From Klebsormidium nitens (Eukaryota > Plantae > Klebsormidiophyceae): a stretch of DNA of 64,000 nt. The notes under the pieces were generated by a model. It was not told where the DNA came from, made no database searches, and worked only from the letters and a program-made list of their open reading frames with translations. Positions within the stretch are counted from its first letter, which is position 1. Each line of letters begins with the position of its first letter. Where the stretch lies: positions 38,928-102,927 of the forward strand of contig DF237136.1 of the NCBI GenBank assembly GCA_000708835.1. Direction: 5' to 3'. Positions 1 to 11,522 of this stretch are shown here, piece by piece. The translations under genes and the position numbers were made by a program.

Positions 1-570
1 CGGGTGTACATTTTCAAAATCTCCGGGTCCACGGACCTACGGGAAGGTCTTGGGTTCGACCCCAACCAAGATCGCCAAAAACTTTTCTTTTTACCATGCC
101 GCTAGGGAGCTAAAATTATGAGTGCCGGAATTGGCCCTACCTGATCCTGCGAACGCCCAGGGGGCAACTCCACCAAGCTCGAGGGTCCTATCGGCTTTGC
201 CATCCGTTGCCTCCACTCACGAAAAAGGGCGCAGTCTGTACACGTGTGCGGTTCCGTTTTACCGTCCTACGGTAGTCCTGGCAGGCCAGGGACGAAGTCC
301 AAGGGGGCCTGGCTTTCTCAATTCCGGGTGTATCTAGTTTGCGGCTGGGCTCGATTCCACTCAACTCACTGGAGGTCGTCTGTTAGTCGATCACTTTTCT
401 CGCTTATTTGACACATGACGTGGATCTCTGCCAGGGTTCCCAGCGTCGTCAGCTTCGTGTTCCTCTCTTCTGTCGCGGCCGTCTGTCGCTTTCCCGCGGC
501 CTCACGCTCCGCACCACGGTTGGTGGAGGGGTGCCGGCTGCTGGGCCAGCCAGAATGGCCGGGCTGCCCA

Positions 571-2838
571 TCAGGGCTGCGCGTGCTGCCTGCCCCGCCG
601 TTGGAAGAAGGCCGCGGCGCGCCGCTCGGACGGCGTCCCCTCGCTGGAGGTGGCGTCGTGGCCCTCCCGGCCCGGGCTGGCGCCGTCCTCGTCGTCCTCC
701 CCCCGGAAGCAGGCCGCCGCCAGGCGAAACGGCAGGCGCCGCCGGCGGTGGGGGAGCAGGGCAGCGCTGGCGGTGGGGCCGGCGCGCAGAGCGTCCAGGA
801 GGCGCACCACGGCGGAGAAGTCGGGGCGGCGGTCCGGGGTGGGGTGCCAGCAGGAGCGGATCAACGCGCGGAGGGGCGCGGGGAGACTCGGGGGGACGCG
901 CGGGCGGAGGCCCTGATAAGCGAGGGGAAGACGTGTGAGACGCGGAGCAGGCAAGGAAGGGGACGGAAGGACTTCACTGACGGGCCGGACGCAGACTGAC
1001 ACGAGAGCAGTACTTGAATTGAAGGAAGCGTGGAGTGCTGGACTGCTTGAGCTCAATGGTGACACCGCTTGCGGTGACTGAGGTGGGGAGTGCCTGCCGC
1101 AAGACCCCGCCGCCCTCCCAGCAGGCCCAGCCGCGCGCTGACCTTGTTGACGACGGCGAAGGCGGCCTGCACGCCGCTCATGCCCGCGAAGGCGACCTCG
1201 GCGGTGAAGAGCTCCCACAGCAAAATGCCGAAGCTGTACACGTCCACCTTGCGGCTGTAGCCGCGCCGCCGAATCACCTGCAGCCACATCAGGCGCACGC
1301 GGCTCAGGGCAGGAACAACGAAAAGGGGCGCGGGGCGAGGGCAATGAGCTCCGCAATAACAAACGACTGCCTTCGAAAAACAGTTGCAAGCTCTAAAGGA
1401 ATCTACGATAGGAGCCAAGACTCAATTCTCCAATCGGATGGAAGCCGCAAACTTGGGTGGTGTATCCCAGGCCGCCCTGCTTAAGTTGCTCTTCGACCTC
1501 TAACCCCTGCAGGGCAGGCTACGGAGCGGGCTACGGACGCGGGCCCCACCTCGGGCGCCATGAACTTGAAGGTCCCCGTCTCGGCGGTCATCTGCGCGCC
1601 CTCCTCGCTCTCCACGCGCGCACTGCCAAAGTCAGTCAGCTTCACCACGTGGCTGCGGCTAAGCACCAGGTTGTCGGCCTTCAGGTCCCTGCACCCATGC
1701 CACCATGAGTGCCGCTTAGGTACACGCCCAAATGAGCCACCTGCCTACGTTTACTCAGGACATTGCCAGAAGGCGGTCCCAAGACAACAATGTACAACGG
1801 ACGGATCAGAGGGCCCGGCAGCCGGCTCGGCGCTGACCTGTGGATGATGTTTTTGGAGTGCAGGTAGTCCATGCCCCGCGCTACATCGAGCGCCATCCTG
1901 AGCGCCACCGCAAAGGGGGGCGGCGCAGTCGGGCCGCTGAGGTACTTGCGCAGGGTGCCCCCCGGAAGGAGCTCGGTCACAAGGCAGTGCAGGGGGGGCT
2001 TCTGGCACGCGCCCATGAACTGCAGCACGAAAAGGGAGAGGGAAAAGTGGGACAGATGTACGCGCATCCCTGATTGGATCCTGCTCGGTTACGTCTTCTC
2101 CTCTTGGCAGCGCCAGTGAGCGCTCCCTTGCTTGGGAGTTCAGCTTGAGCACATGCAAGGGTGAGACAGCCGAAGAAGGTTGCGAGTGTCTTCAAGAGTC
2201 TGGGTGCCCGGCTTGCCTGCATAATGTTGGGGTGGCTGAGCTGCGCCAGCATGGTGACCTCGCGCGAGAACATGTCCGCCATTTGAAAGGCCGCCTGCTC
2301 TGACTCGGGGGAGCGCACGATCTTGATGGCCACAGTCTGAGCAAGAACGCGCAAACGTAATAGTCAATTTCAAAAGATTGGCAGTGCCGGAGCAGAGGGA
2401 TAGAGTCGGTGAAGAGAAAGTTTTCAACAGACACCGGAACCGTGAAAGCACACAATTGGGGCATAGTTGCCAGCCACTGCAGCACTGAGCGTCCGAACTG
2501 ATTATTTGACCAATGTGGGTTATTCAAAGACCTGCTGCAACTTAATTGGTACTCTCCGCAACGGTATCCTTGCTGTGTTGGAATTGCACACCTGCTGGCC
2601 CGTCTACCCAAAAGCGAGCGCTGTGTTGGTGAAGGGCCTGCCCCAGTGCACCGGCATACCTGTCCTCGGAAGACGCCAGTGTAGAGCCGGCCGTAGGTGC
2701 CGCTGGCAAAGCGGTCCCCCAGGTACAGCTCGCTCAGGCTGATGGAGTTCAGCAGGCGCTCCGCCGCCGCTGCGCCCACTTGTAACGGCACGACTGCGCA
2801 CCGACTTCTGGCTGCGCGCCAAACTCGCGGCCGCGCAT
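571..2838 (-). CDS. Raf-like (group C, STY-type) Ser/Thr/Tyr protein kinase, multi-exon; 5' end unresolved
   Basis: Spliced exons give ELYLGDRFASGTYGRLYTG..VAIKIV..REVTMLAQLSHPNIMQFMGAC..YLHSKNIIHRDLKADNL..DFGSAR..TAETGTFKFMAPE..DVYSFGILLWE..QAAFAVVNKGLRP..CWHPTPDRRP, with GT-AG introns and stop at 571. The nearest ATG (2838) is out of frame with the kinase exon. Confidence 0.9.
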
Positions 2839-2916
2839 CGTCCGTTATTATTCGCTATCGACTTATTTGATATATCGAATCACTACACGACACGTGTCTG
2901 GGTTACTGCTTCACCG

Positions 2917-3039
2917 NNNNNNNNNNNNNNNNNNNNNNNNNNNNNNNNNNNNNNNNNNNNNNNNNNNNNNNNNNNNNNNNNNNNNNNNNNNNNNNNNNNN
3001 NNNNNNNNNNNNNNNNNNNNNNNNNNNNNNNNNNNNNNN
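2917..3039. other. Assembly gap (123 N)
   Basis: Run of N directly visible. Confidence 1.
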
Positions 3040-3090
3040 TCGTATATCGTCTCTCTAGCCCGTATCTCTCTCACCCCGAGTCGATTCTGT

Positions 3091-3642
3091 TCAGCGCCGC
3101 TTCACCACTGCCCCAGACCCGGCATCTACATCACTGCACCCATTGCCAGGGGGAGTGCGCAGGCCTACTGCTTTGCTCTCAGATTTCTTCCTTTTTTCAC
3201 GCATCCCTGTCAAGCCCTCCATCCCCCCACTGGTCAACTCTTGTTGGGACTTGGCGGCAGGCCCATCTCCACCTCTCCCAGCTGGTGCACCCCCTATGGG
3301 TGCCTCCACAGAGACGGGGCTGCCGCTGGCAGCCTCTGCCCAGGGCCATCTCTCCTTTTGCAGCAGTGTGTGGCTGGCTGCGCTGCTGGCCATTCCCGCC
3401 ATGTTCCCCCCCTGGGAGTCAGGGAGGGCGTGCAGGCGGCCAGCGCCCTCTTGCTTCAACATGCGCTCCAGGGAGTGGCGCTCCGCAGCGCTCCTCTCGC
3501 TGGGGGTGTCCAAGCTGGTGCTGGGCTGCAAGGAGCGGCCCTCCCTCTGGGCGCCTTCGTGTGCTCCTTGCTCTGCAGGGGATGCGCCTCCTTGAGAAGG
3601 GCAACACAGGTGCGTGGGCTGGCCCCTGCTGAGACTGGGCAA
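3091..3642 (-). CDS. Hypothetical low-complexity ORF; may be an upstream exon of the STY kinase or a separate gene
   Basis: 183-codon Ser/Gly/Ala/Glu-rich open frame with a plausible acceptor near 3595. No recognisable domain; upstream frames (3696-4900) are broken. Confidence 0.25.
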   Translation of the reverse strand: MPSLSRGQPTHLCCPSQGGASPAEQGAHEGAQREGRSLQPSTSLDTPSERSAAERHSLERMLKQEGAGRLHALPDSQGGNMAGMASSAASHTLLQKERWPWAEAASGSPVSVEAPIGGAPAGRGGDGPAAKSQQELTSGGMEGLTGMREKRKKSESKAVGLRTPPGNGCSDVDAGSGAVVKRR

Positions 3643-5603
3643 CAGAAAGTGAGGGGAAGGGCAGGCTATGCTCTGGAGCAGCTAAAAGAGAGAACCTACT
3701 CTTGCAACCGCCTCTCACCGCCTCTATGGCCAGACTCTGCAAAGTGTGTGCCACAGGGATCCCTCACCTTGCCTGCCATCTCCCATGTTGCCATCGGACC
3801 CTGCCCCTGCTCTCCTGCCGCTGGAGCCGCCTCTGACTTCCAAGCTGCTTGCTGTGGGCCTGGTGTCACCACTCCCCCTGCTGAGCACCAGGACTGCCTT
3901 GGACATCGGGCCTTAAAGCCGGCACTGGGGTGAGCGGCCACCGCCAGCTGTCACGGCACGTGGGCTGGCTGCCGCAGGCTGGCTTGACAGGCACGCCGCA
4001 GGGGAGAAGGACCAGGAGGGAGGCCTCCCGCAAGGGGCAGCTGCTGGCAGGACTTGCGGGGCAGACGGGTCGTCTCTTTGAAGGCCCCTTGCTGCGGGCG
4101 TCTGTCCACGTAATACGGCGGGGCAGGTTGCTGCCAGTGTGCTCTACATTATCTGATTGTTCGGGAATCTCAAGCAAAAGAGCACTGTGGCGATGGCGCT
4201 GATCAAGGCTGGCTTTGGACCACCTTAGTCAGGGACCCTATGAGCCTGCTGTGCCGTACAAGGACGATAGCGGTACTGTGTAGGAATGGTTGGAACAAAT
4301 TCGGGAATTCTGGCTTTACACTCCCGCGTCAAGGTAAGGGACTCTGGTGCATCTGGAGAAACTCCGGTGTCATTGCTCCGCCGCCTGCACGAACAAATGG
4401 GCAGTCCCCGTGCTTGACGGGCAACCTCTTGCGTGTTGCCTCTAGCTAGCGCGAGCGCAGCCCTCACGAGTCACGGCATGCACACGCAGGAAAGAAGCGG
4501 GGCTCGTGCTTAGGTTGGCTTCGTTAGCAAGAGCCTCCAGTAGAGTTGTGGCCTAGCGGCGGAAGAAGGATGCTGGGGCAGGCGTTGTGGGCTCATGCCA
4601 GTGTAACAGGGTAGCCGGCTCTTGCACACACATACCATCTCCTCAATGATGGACCTCGACGTCACCTTGAAAGTATCTAAAGCATGATTCGAAAGCGATT
4701 CTTGAATCTTACCGCCGCTGGGTTGGCATGGCACGCGGACCGGAAAGGCCACGGCCCACATGACGGACAGGCTCTACCGAATCTGGCGAACACTGTGCAT
4801 AATGTCGTTGAGACTTCCGCTGCCTTTGTATTAGCTTTCACAAAATGCGGCGCAAACTTTTGGAGCACTAGTGTACTCGCAATGTTGATATTTGCCAATG
4901 ACGATATTTGGTCAAGCCAGAGCGCACTTAAGCACTACCGAATTCAACGGCCCGGGTACTTACTGAATGGTTGACCTGTCCACCAAACAACTACTGCATT
5001 ATGCACACGGGGCACACGTCGACGGCTGGAGTAGCTGAAAAGTTTGTTGGCCGTTTCCAACGGAAATCACAGGTGGGGTCCCACTCACAGCCAAGGGGAA
5101 ACATGGGAAAAGAAGAGAGAAAAGGGAAGAAAAGAGGAAAAAGAGAGATATAAGGGCCGAATAATCGCTTGTATAAGACGATATCAGGAGTATGAAATGG
5201 ATCCCAGATGGCCGTTCGATACAGTAAATGAGTCACTGAGACCGTCCGATTATTAGAAAGTCACTAAGTGACTAACAAATGACGTTGCATCAAATTCTAT
5301 TTCCGGCGACTCGGACCTCGGTCTATGATCGACACGTGGTCTTTTTGACACGCGGCCCAATCAAAACGGCGGATTTTATGTCCATGTCCCTATCTGAGTG
5401 GGACCGACCACCCCCGGGCCCCGAGTCCCGACCGTACCGGACTCGTATTATTACTCGTGACTCGGCCCTCGACTAGCTAGCTCCTCCGGGCCCCTAGCTG
5501 GCGGACGCCAAGCAGTGCAAGATCACCCGGGCCCCCGCCCGGCCCAGACATCACGTGCCTGCCATTATCCATACCTCCAGAGTAACAAATTCAGACATTG
5601 ATA

Positions 5604-5877
5604 CCGTAGCGCCAAGGGAATTCACCTGAAATTAAATATTGAGGGGTCGGTGTAAAAATTTTGAAACTATTTGAAATCCGAGGTTGAAATGACGAAATGA
5701 AAAATATTGGTAAAAGTATTGTCATACTGCTGGAATATAGGGGAAAATGGGCCAAAAAAACCAAATTCGCCTTTTGTGCGAAATGTTGGAAAATATCCAT
5801 TCCGCTCGGTGAAACCTAGAATTTTTCGAAAATTAATTATTCGCACAAAAAGGTGGTGAATTCCCTTGGCGCTACGG
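5604..5877. mobile_element. MITE, Tc1/mariner-type (TA target duplication), 274 bp
   Basis: Perfect 23-bp TIRs CCGTAGCGCCAAGGGAATTCACC (5604-5626) and GGTGAATTCCCTTGGCGCTACGG (5855-5877), TA on both sides (5602-03, 5878-79), AT-rich non-coding interior. Confidence 0.92.
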
Positions 5878-7209
5878 TACTTTAATTACTGCTGCTGTAG
5901 CCAATCTGCCCCGGGTCCGCTTTTCCATTATCTCGGGGCTAAACCTCTGGGCCCCGGGGTGCAGTAGCGTCCGGGCCCCGGGGGGAAAGAGTTGCTCGTT
6001 GACCGGCGGCATAATGGTCAACGCCGACGTGGCATGCGGAGGACGCCACACGCGGCTTACGAGTACTGCCGCGCCGACTCGATCCGACGCGCAATCGTAT
6101 TGTACAACTGGGCGGCCGGCCGATTGGAGAATCGGCCGGCGCCACAGTCACATAGCCCTGCGATGATTCCACGTGGATCTGGAATAATGCCAGCTCCGTC
6201 GATAAGCATTGTTCGCGCGCGGACGGAACAACGTGACTCTATGATGGGCGGCCTGGAAATCGAACGGTGCAGTACCTATCACATGAGGGGCGGCAGCCGT
6301 GACAGAATACAGTACATCACACAGAACTACAGCACCTAATCTTGAATTCTAAATCAGATATGGCCTGATGTACTCTACTTACAAAGTATTGCAGTGGGCT
6401 TGCATCATTGACTGAGCGCCTGGAAATTTAATGGGGGCAATTTGCCAGTAATTGGTTCTCCGGATCTGAAGAAGTTCCAGAGCAAAACATGGAACTTGAA
6501 CTCTGGAGTCTGAAGATTAACAACATCATTCTTGTCTGGTAGTGGACTTCGCTTGATATGAATTTAATAAGCACACGAAATTGAGCGCCCGACCTCTGCA
6601 ATATATTGCGCCTGATTAATTGCAGATTTCGACGCTGGACGCCGGACGTTGCCGCCCTGGTTGCAGAGGCTGGCTGGCACCAGCCTTATGCCAACGGAGA
6701 CTATTAGTATCTATCTTAGGACGACCGGTTTGCTGATCCAGCACATTGCATCGTATAAATATGCACCCGCGCCGCAGCAACCAGTAGAACGGGATGCAGC
6801 ACTTGCTAAGCCCCGCTGAGAGCCGTGGCGCGACACCTGCGATCCATGCCCTATGCCAGCACGACCATCAGGATACAGTCTGCCGATGCCACCTGCCGGG
6901 ACCGTAATGTCAAGCCCCAAGTAGACTTTTGGACTGATGCGCCAACAAAAGGCTGGTGGATGGAGAGTCAGGGGCAGCATATAGCGCGGATCCCATCCCT
7001 TGGAAGCTTTCAGCAATAATCAGTACCGGCGGTATCTTCGTGTAGCGCTTCGGTCTGCTCCTTGATGTTGCGTACAATTTGGATGCAGCTCCGACGTGCA
7101 GCACCTCAAGAGCAAGGCCTTGAGCTTTGACGCATCCTGCCGGAGCAGGGCCGTGTCGTCCTGCTCGCTGGTGGCCCCGGCCGGCCACTGGGACTGGTGC
7201 CCCACGGGC

Positions 7210-9841
7210 ATGGCGTCCCTGGAGGACCGGCTGGCCCTGCTGCAGGATGACGTCGTGGCGGACTACTTTGCAATGCTGAGGTAGGTGCCGCCGCTCCACG
7301 TTGTGTCACCATCATGGGGGAGCTGGCGCAAGCGAATTGGCTTATGCAGTCACAGGCAGCGAGCCCCTAGCTTTCCATCTCTTCTTGGTTGAGCAAGAAT
7401 GCCAAGATAAAGCATGGGCCATGCCGGTGGGTTTCAGGAGCTGATTGCTGTGGGGGGTAACCCGTTGAGGTACCCTTCCATGGGCCATTGCAAGCGCTTC
7501 TTTACCGCTCTGTCCTGCTGCGGTCTGCCCCGTTGGCTGCAGGGGCCCCAGCACGGCCCTTGCTGCACGCTGCCAGAGGCAGGCTGTCCAGCCAAGCGCT
7601 TAGCATACAAGTCAGATTCAAAGCTTCTTCTTGATGACTGTCTTTTCAAGTAAGCTGTAGACTCAGCTGCCACTGCAGATGGGTCACGGCTGACCCCGCT
7701 GCCCTGCTGCTTCTGCTGCTCTTGCCAGAGAAGCGGAGGCGCACCGACCCCACGAGACGGCGGCTGCGGTGCGCATCCAGAGTGCCTGGCGGGGCTTCTT
7801 CCTGCGGTGCAGCCTGGCCCGCCTGGCTGCCACGTGTACTGTGATCCAGCGTTGCTACCGCGGCCACCTTGGCAGGCAGTACGCAGCAGCCTGCCGCAGA
7901 CAGGTGAGCGCCCCTCCCTGCTCCGCCAGCATGAGACCTGAAGTTTAGACACAACAGGCTGCCCTCAGGTACCAGCAGCTCAACACGTCTCCTTGCTGCT
8001 GCCGCAAGACTGCACCGCCTCAATGCCACGAAGCCGCAATGGTTGACAATCAGCCAACTAGATCTCGTAGGCAGATAGAAGCTCGTCACTGGTGTGATTC
8101 TTGACCGTGTTGTTCGGGAATCTGCTTATATCGACCTGAGAGCTTCATTTGCGTCCACTCGACCAGTTACACATATGACAGCCTGGCTCCGAGACGTTGC
8201 AACCATTGCTCACGTGACCATCTGCGCTTCTCCTCAAGAACCTCGACAGTGCAGAGTCTAGCATGGTGCTCCTCTGTCGTCCCTCTTCTCGCTCGCCTGG
8301 CCGTGTCCTGCTGCTCCCGCTCACCCCCGCTGCTGTGGCCTGCGTGTGGCAGCGCGACCGTGCGCTGCGGCTGGCCTACTTCCACGCGGCCGCCACCGTG
8401 ATCCAGCGCCACTTCCGCGGCTTCCACAGCCGCAAGTACCGCCACAGCTACTACGCACGCGCCGCCTACATTGCTGCTGTTCTGCATACCACGGAGCGCC
8501 TGCGTGCACACTTGCAAGGTGCGCTGGAACCTTTCACGGCCGTTTGGGATTACGCCTCATCGATCACTGAATCTGCTGAAATGGAGAACGGGTTTAGGTC
8601 TTCCAAAGGCGCTCGTTGAGTCCGTGAAGCAGGGCACGAAAGGGATTCTGGTCAGCCGTTGCCTTGATTCCCGCCCGGGTCAGCGCGTCCCATCGCACTA
8701 GTCTTCCAATCGGTGCACCATGCGACGGGCCTTGACCTGCCTCTTCTCGACTTCCCGTCACGTGCGCTGCATTGCTGTGCAGAGTCGTACGAGCAGCAGG
8801 CGGCCGACGCGGCTGCCGCGGTGCGCGCTACTGCAGCGGCGCAGTACCAGGCGGTGCTGCGGCAGAGCCACCACCTCGTGAGCACGCGCTCGTGCCCGGG
8901 GGTGTTCCGCGCCCCACGCCACGCGGGCGGGGTGCCCGCGCTGGACGGCCTCTCCGTGGAGGAGCACCTCTGGCACACCGTGCACACCGCGGGCCGCCCG
9001 GGCTCCGCCACGGGAACCAGCACGTCGTCCTCGCATTCGGGCAGCCTGAGCGAGCCCCCGAGCGCCCCGAGCAGCGCGGGGCAGGTGGAGAGGGCGGGGG
9101 GCGCGCGCGTGCAGCCGCTCGACCTGGCGCCCCTGCGCGCGGGTCTGCTCCAGGCGGAGTCGTCGCTGGCCCGGTCGACCAGCCGGGGCGCCTCCATCTC
9201 GGACCTCATCCAGCGTGCGGCCGACTATGAGACGGCCCTGCGTGCGACTTCTCCCGGGGAGGCACGCGGTCGGGGTACGTGAGCGGGCGGGACAGCAGCC
9301 ACGCGCACTCGCCCGGGAGCCGGCTGAGCGTGCAGGCGGCGTCGCCGTACGCGGCGGTGGAGGACCGCGAGCGCCTGGAGCGGCAGCAGAGCGCGCGCCT
9401 CGCGGTGTCCCCCCGCCCCTTCCTGACCGCGGTAGGGGCGGACCGGCTGAACACGGAGAACGTCAACGGCGCGGGCATCAGCCAGGGGACCAGGTGGGGG
9501 CTGCTCGTCGAAAAGCAATCCAAAGACAAGATCTGGTTCCCTGTTGTCTTGCAGCTGCTGAATTCCTGCGCGAGGCGTGCCACGGTTTGCAGCAAAGCAC
9601 GCTTGGCGCGTGTGGCGTGCATCCCCGTGATTGTGCCAATTCGCGTGCCACGTGGGCGCTGGCAGCCGGGTGAGGGGCGGCGGGCTGTGTGTGCAGGTAC
9701 GGCATCCAGGAGGAGGCCCAGAAGCTGGAGCGGGCGAACTCGGAGCGGCTCATGCGCCAGATCTCGCCGAAGCCCTTCAAGGTGGCCGCGCGGCCGCGCC
9801 AGCTGTTCGAGGACGCAGCAGAGCGGGTCGTCGTCCTGTAG
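7210..9841 (+). CDS. SPATA17: SPATA17-like IQ-motif flagellar/ciliary protein; apparent frameshift near 9272-9282
   Basis: Exons 7210-7280, 7729-7903, 8353-8518, 8783-9493, 9697-9841. Three IQ motifs (AAVRIQSAWRGF, TVIQRCYRGHLGR, ATVIQRHFRGFHSRK), then SYYARAAYI and SHHLVSTRSCPGVF, resembling SPATA17 (NYYYLKEYL; MHYLLSTKQIPGIY, recalled from memory). Confidence 0.75.
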
Positions 9842-11522
9842 CCCAGGCGGGCTTCTGGCGGCCACGTGGCGCAGGACCAGTGGGTCCGTTGGAGGTCTCT
9901 GTATGACACTGTCCGTCATTTCGTGTGGCCGGGGGACGTCCATCCCGTGATTTATGGATTTTCTGGACGAGGATGAAGGTCTGCATGAGTCGGTGGATGG
10001 ATGCGTCGAAACATTCGAGGGAGGCCGCCGTGTACAATGCACTTTGCTCATCGGGCGGCTCTTCGTTTCTAGAGTACCAGCGCTTCATACGAAACACCGT
10101 CCGACTTTATATAAAAGACCTATACATGTTGATCAACCCTAAAGCTTGTCAACTCGGAACAATCCATCCTCACCAGAACTATATTCATGGTCAATCTGGC
10201 TTGAACAACCGTATGCAAATCTGCACAGCCCAGGATCCCGGCTTATGAGTGCCCGGCCCGCGAGCACGGCTCATTGCACTCGAAAATTAGTGACTGAAGA
10301 GGAATCCTGGGCGGCAGTACGTGTACCGTCGTTGCCCAGTATTATCATCAGCTAGGCAAGGCTCTCAATGCACGTCTGCAGATGATGCACGCGGCGTCAA
10401 CCATGTCTGCCACGTCTCGAGCATGAGTCGTTCAAAAGTAGTCTCGACGCTTTGGCCATATGTTTATTCAGACGATTGATGACCCACTTTATACATGCAT
10501 CATTGCTGCACGCATGCCGGGCGCCGGGAGTCATGCACACTCAATCCGCGGTCGAGTCTTCATGACTCGCGGGAGCTTAGATATATGATTGAAAAGGTGA
10601 AGCAGGTGACCGTTTCCGAGATCCGCCATCATTCCTGAATCCGTGCAATAGGGACGGTCAACCCGAGAAACGTGTGCCGCAACGATAATCCGAGTTCAAA
10701 CTCTGCTCGCAAGTAGCTGAAGCTTTCAATTTTGGTTGCCCAGAGCTTATTGTTCCAATTGGTCATGCGTCCATCGATTGGGTGTCGATCCACGTTCTGA
10801 AGATGCATGGAGAAAAAGAGCTGAGCTTGCACTAGCTAGGATACAGGATCTCGAATGCGATGGCCAAGTGGCAAAGCTCACAATGGGTTTACTTCGTTCA
10901 GCCAAGTTACTGTACTGAAGACGATGCATAACAGCACTTTGTATCTAAGAACTAGAGCCTCATTGTACTGTGCAAGCCACTTACGGTACCAGCTGCAGTG
11001 CAGCCGTCACAGCCAGCTGCTAGTGACGGCCGGGCGCAACCGCTTGCCTTCGTACTGTACCTTTCCTCGGCCAAACCTGCTCAACCTCTAGGCTTGTTCC
11101 GTTGAGAAGCGGCATTTGCGACTACAGGTGTTCTACTTTCACCTTGTTTGGAAGCCCAGGGCTTCTCAACCTGACCTGCAGTCGCCTTTCCTTTCTAGGC
11201 CTACAAGCTTCATCATGTACCTCCAATATTGCCAGCTGCTCTGACGCTCACGTGGGTCAATGGACTGTCGCAACCCATAAGTAGCAAAAGTTCAAAAATG
11301 GTCTGGTTTGCTATCTGAAGCGACAGGGGTAGTCAAGCCTATTCTAAAGTGACTCTCATTTCCAAGCAATTGTCAAACAACTTCTCGACTCTGCTGACGG
11401 CCTCCGACTGTGTCCTTCTACGGCCAGGCTAAGAATCTACCGTTCTGGGGTGTCCCATCGCCGGAGCAACTTCCTCAGACAGCCGCTGCCACCTGAAGGA
11501 GTCTTTCTTCCGGTTGACCACG

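Noticed and set aside
98-175. Resemblance to a TPP riboswitch (CTAGGGAGC..TGAG..CCCT.ACCTGATCCTG..CAG.GGGG)
   Set aside because: Lacks the GCUGAGA core and the CGUAGGGA junction, and no thiamine gene lies on that strand nearby. No TPP aptamer was found in or around the SLC19 gene either.
6115-6160. GC hairpin as a Helitron 3' end
   Set aside because: No CTRR terminus at the expected distance and no matching 5' TC end.
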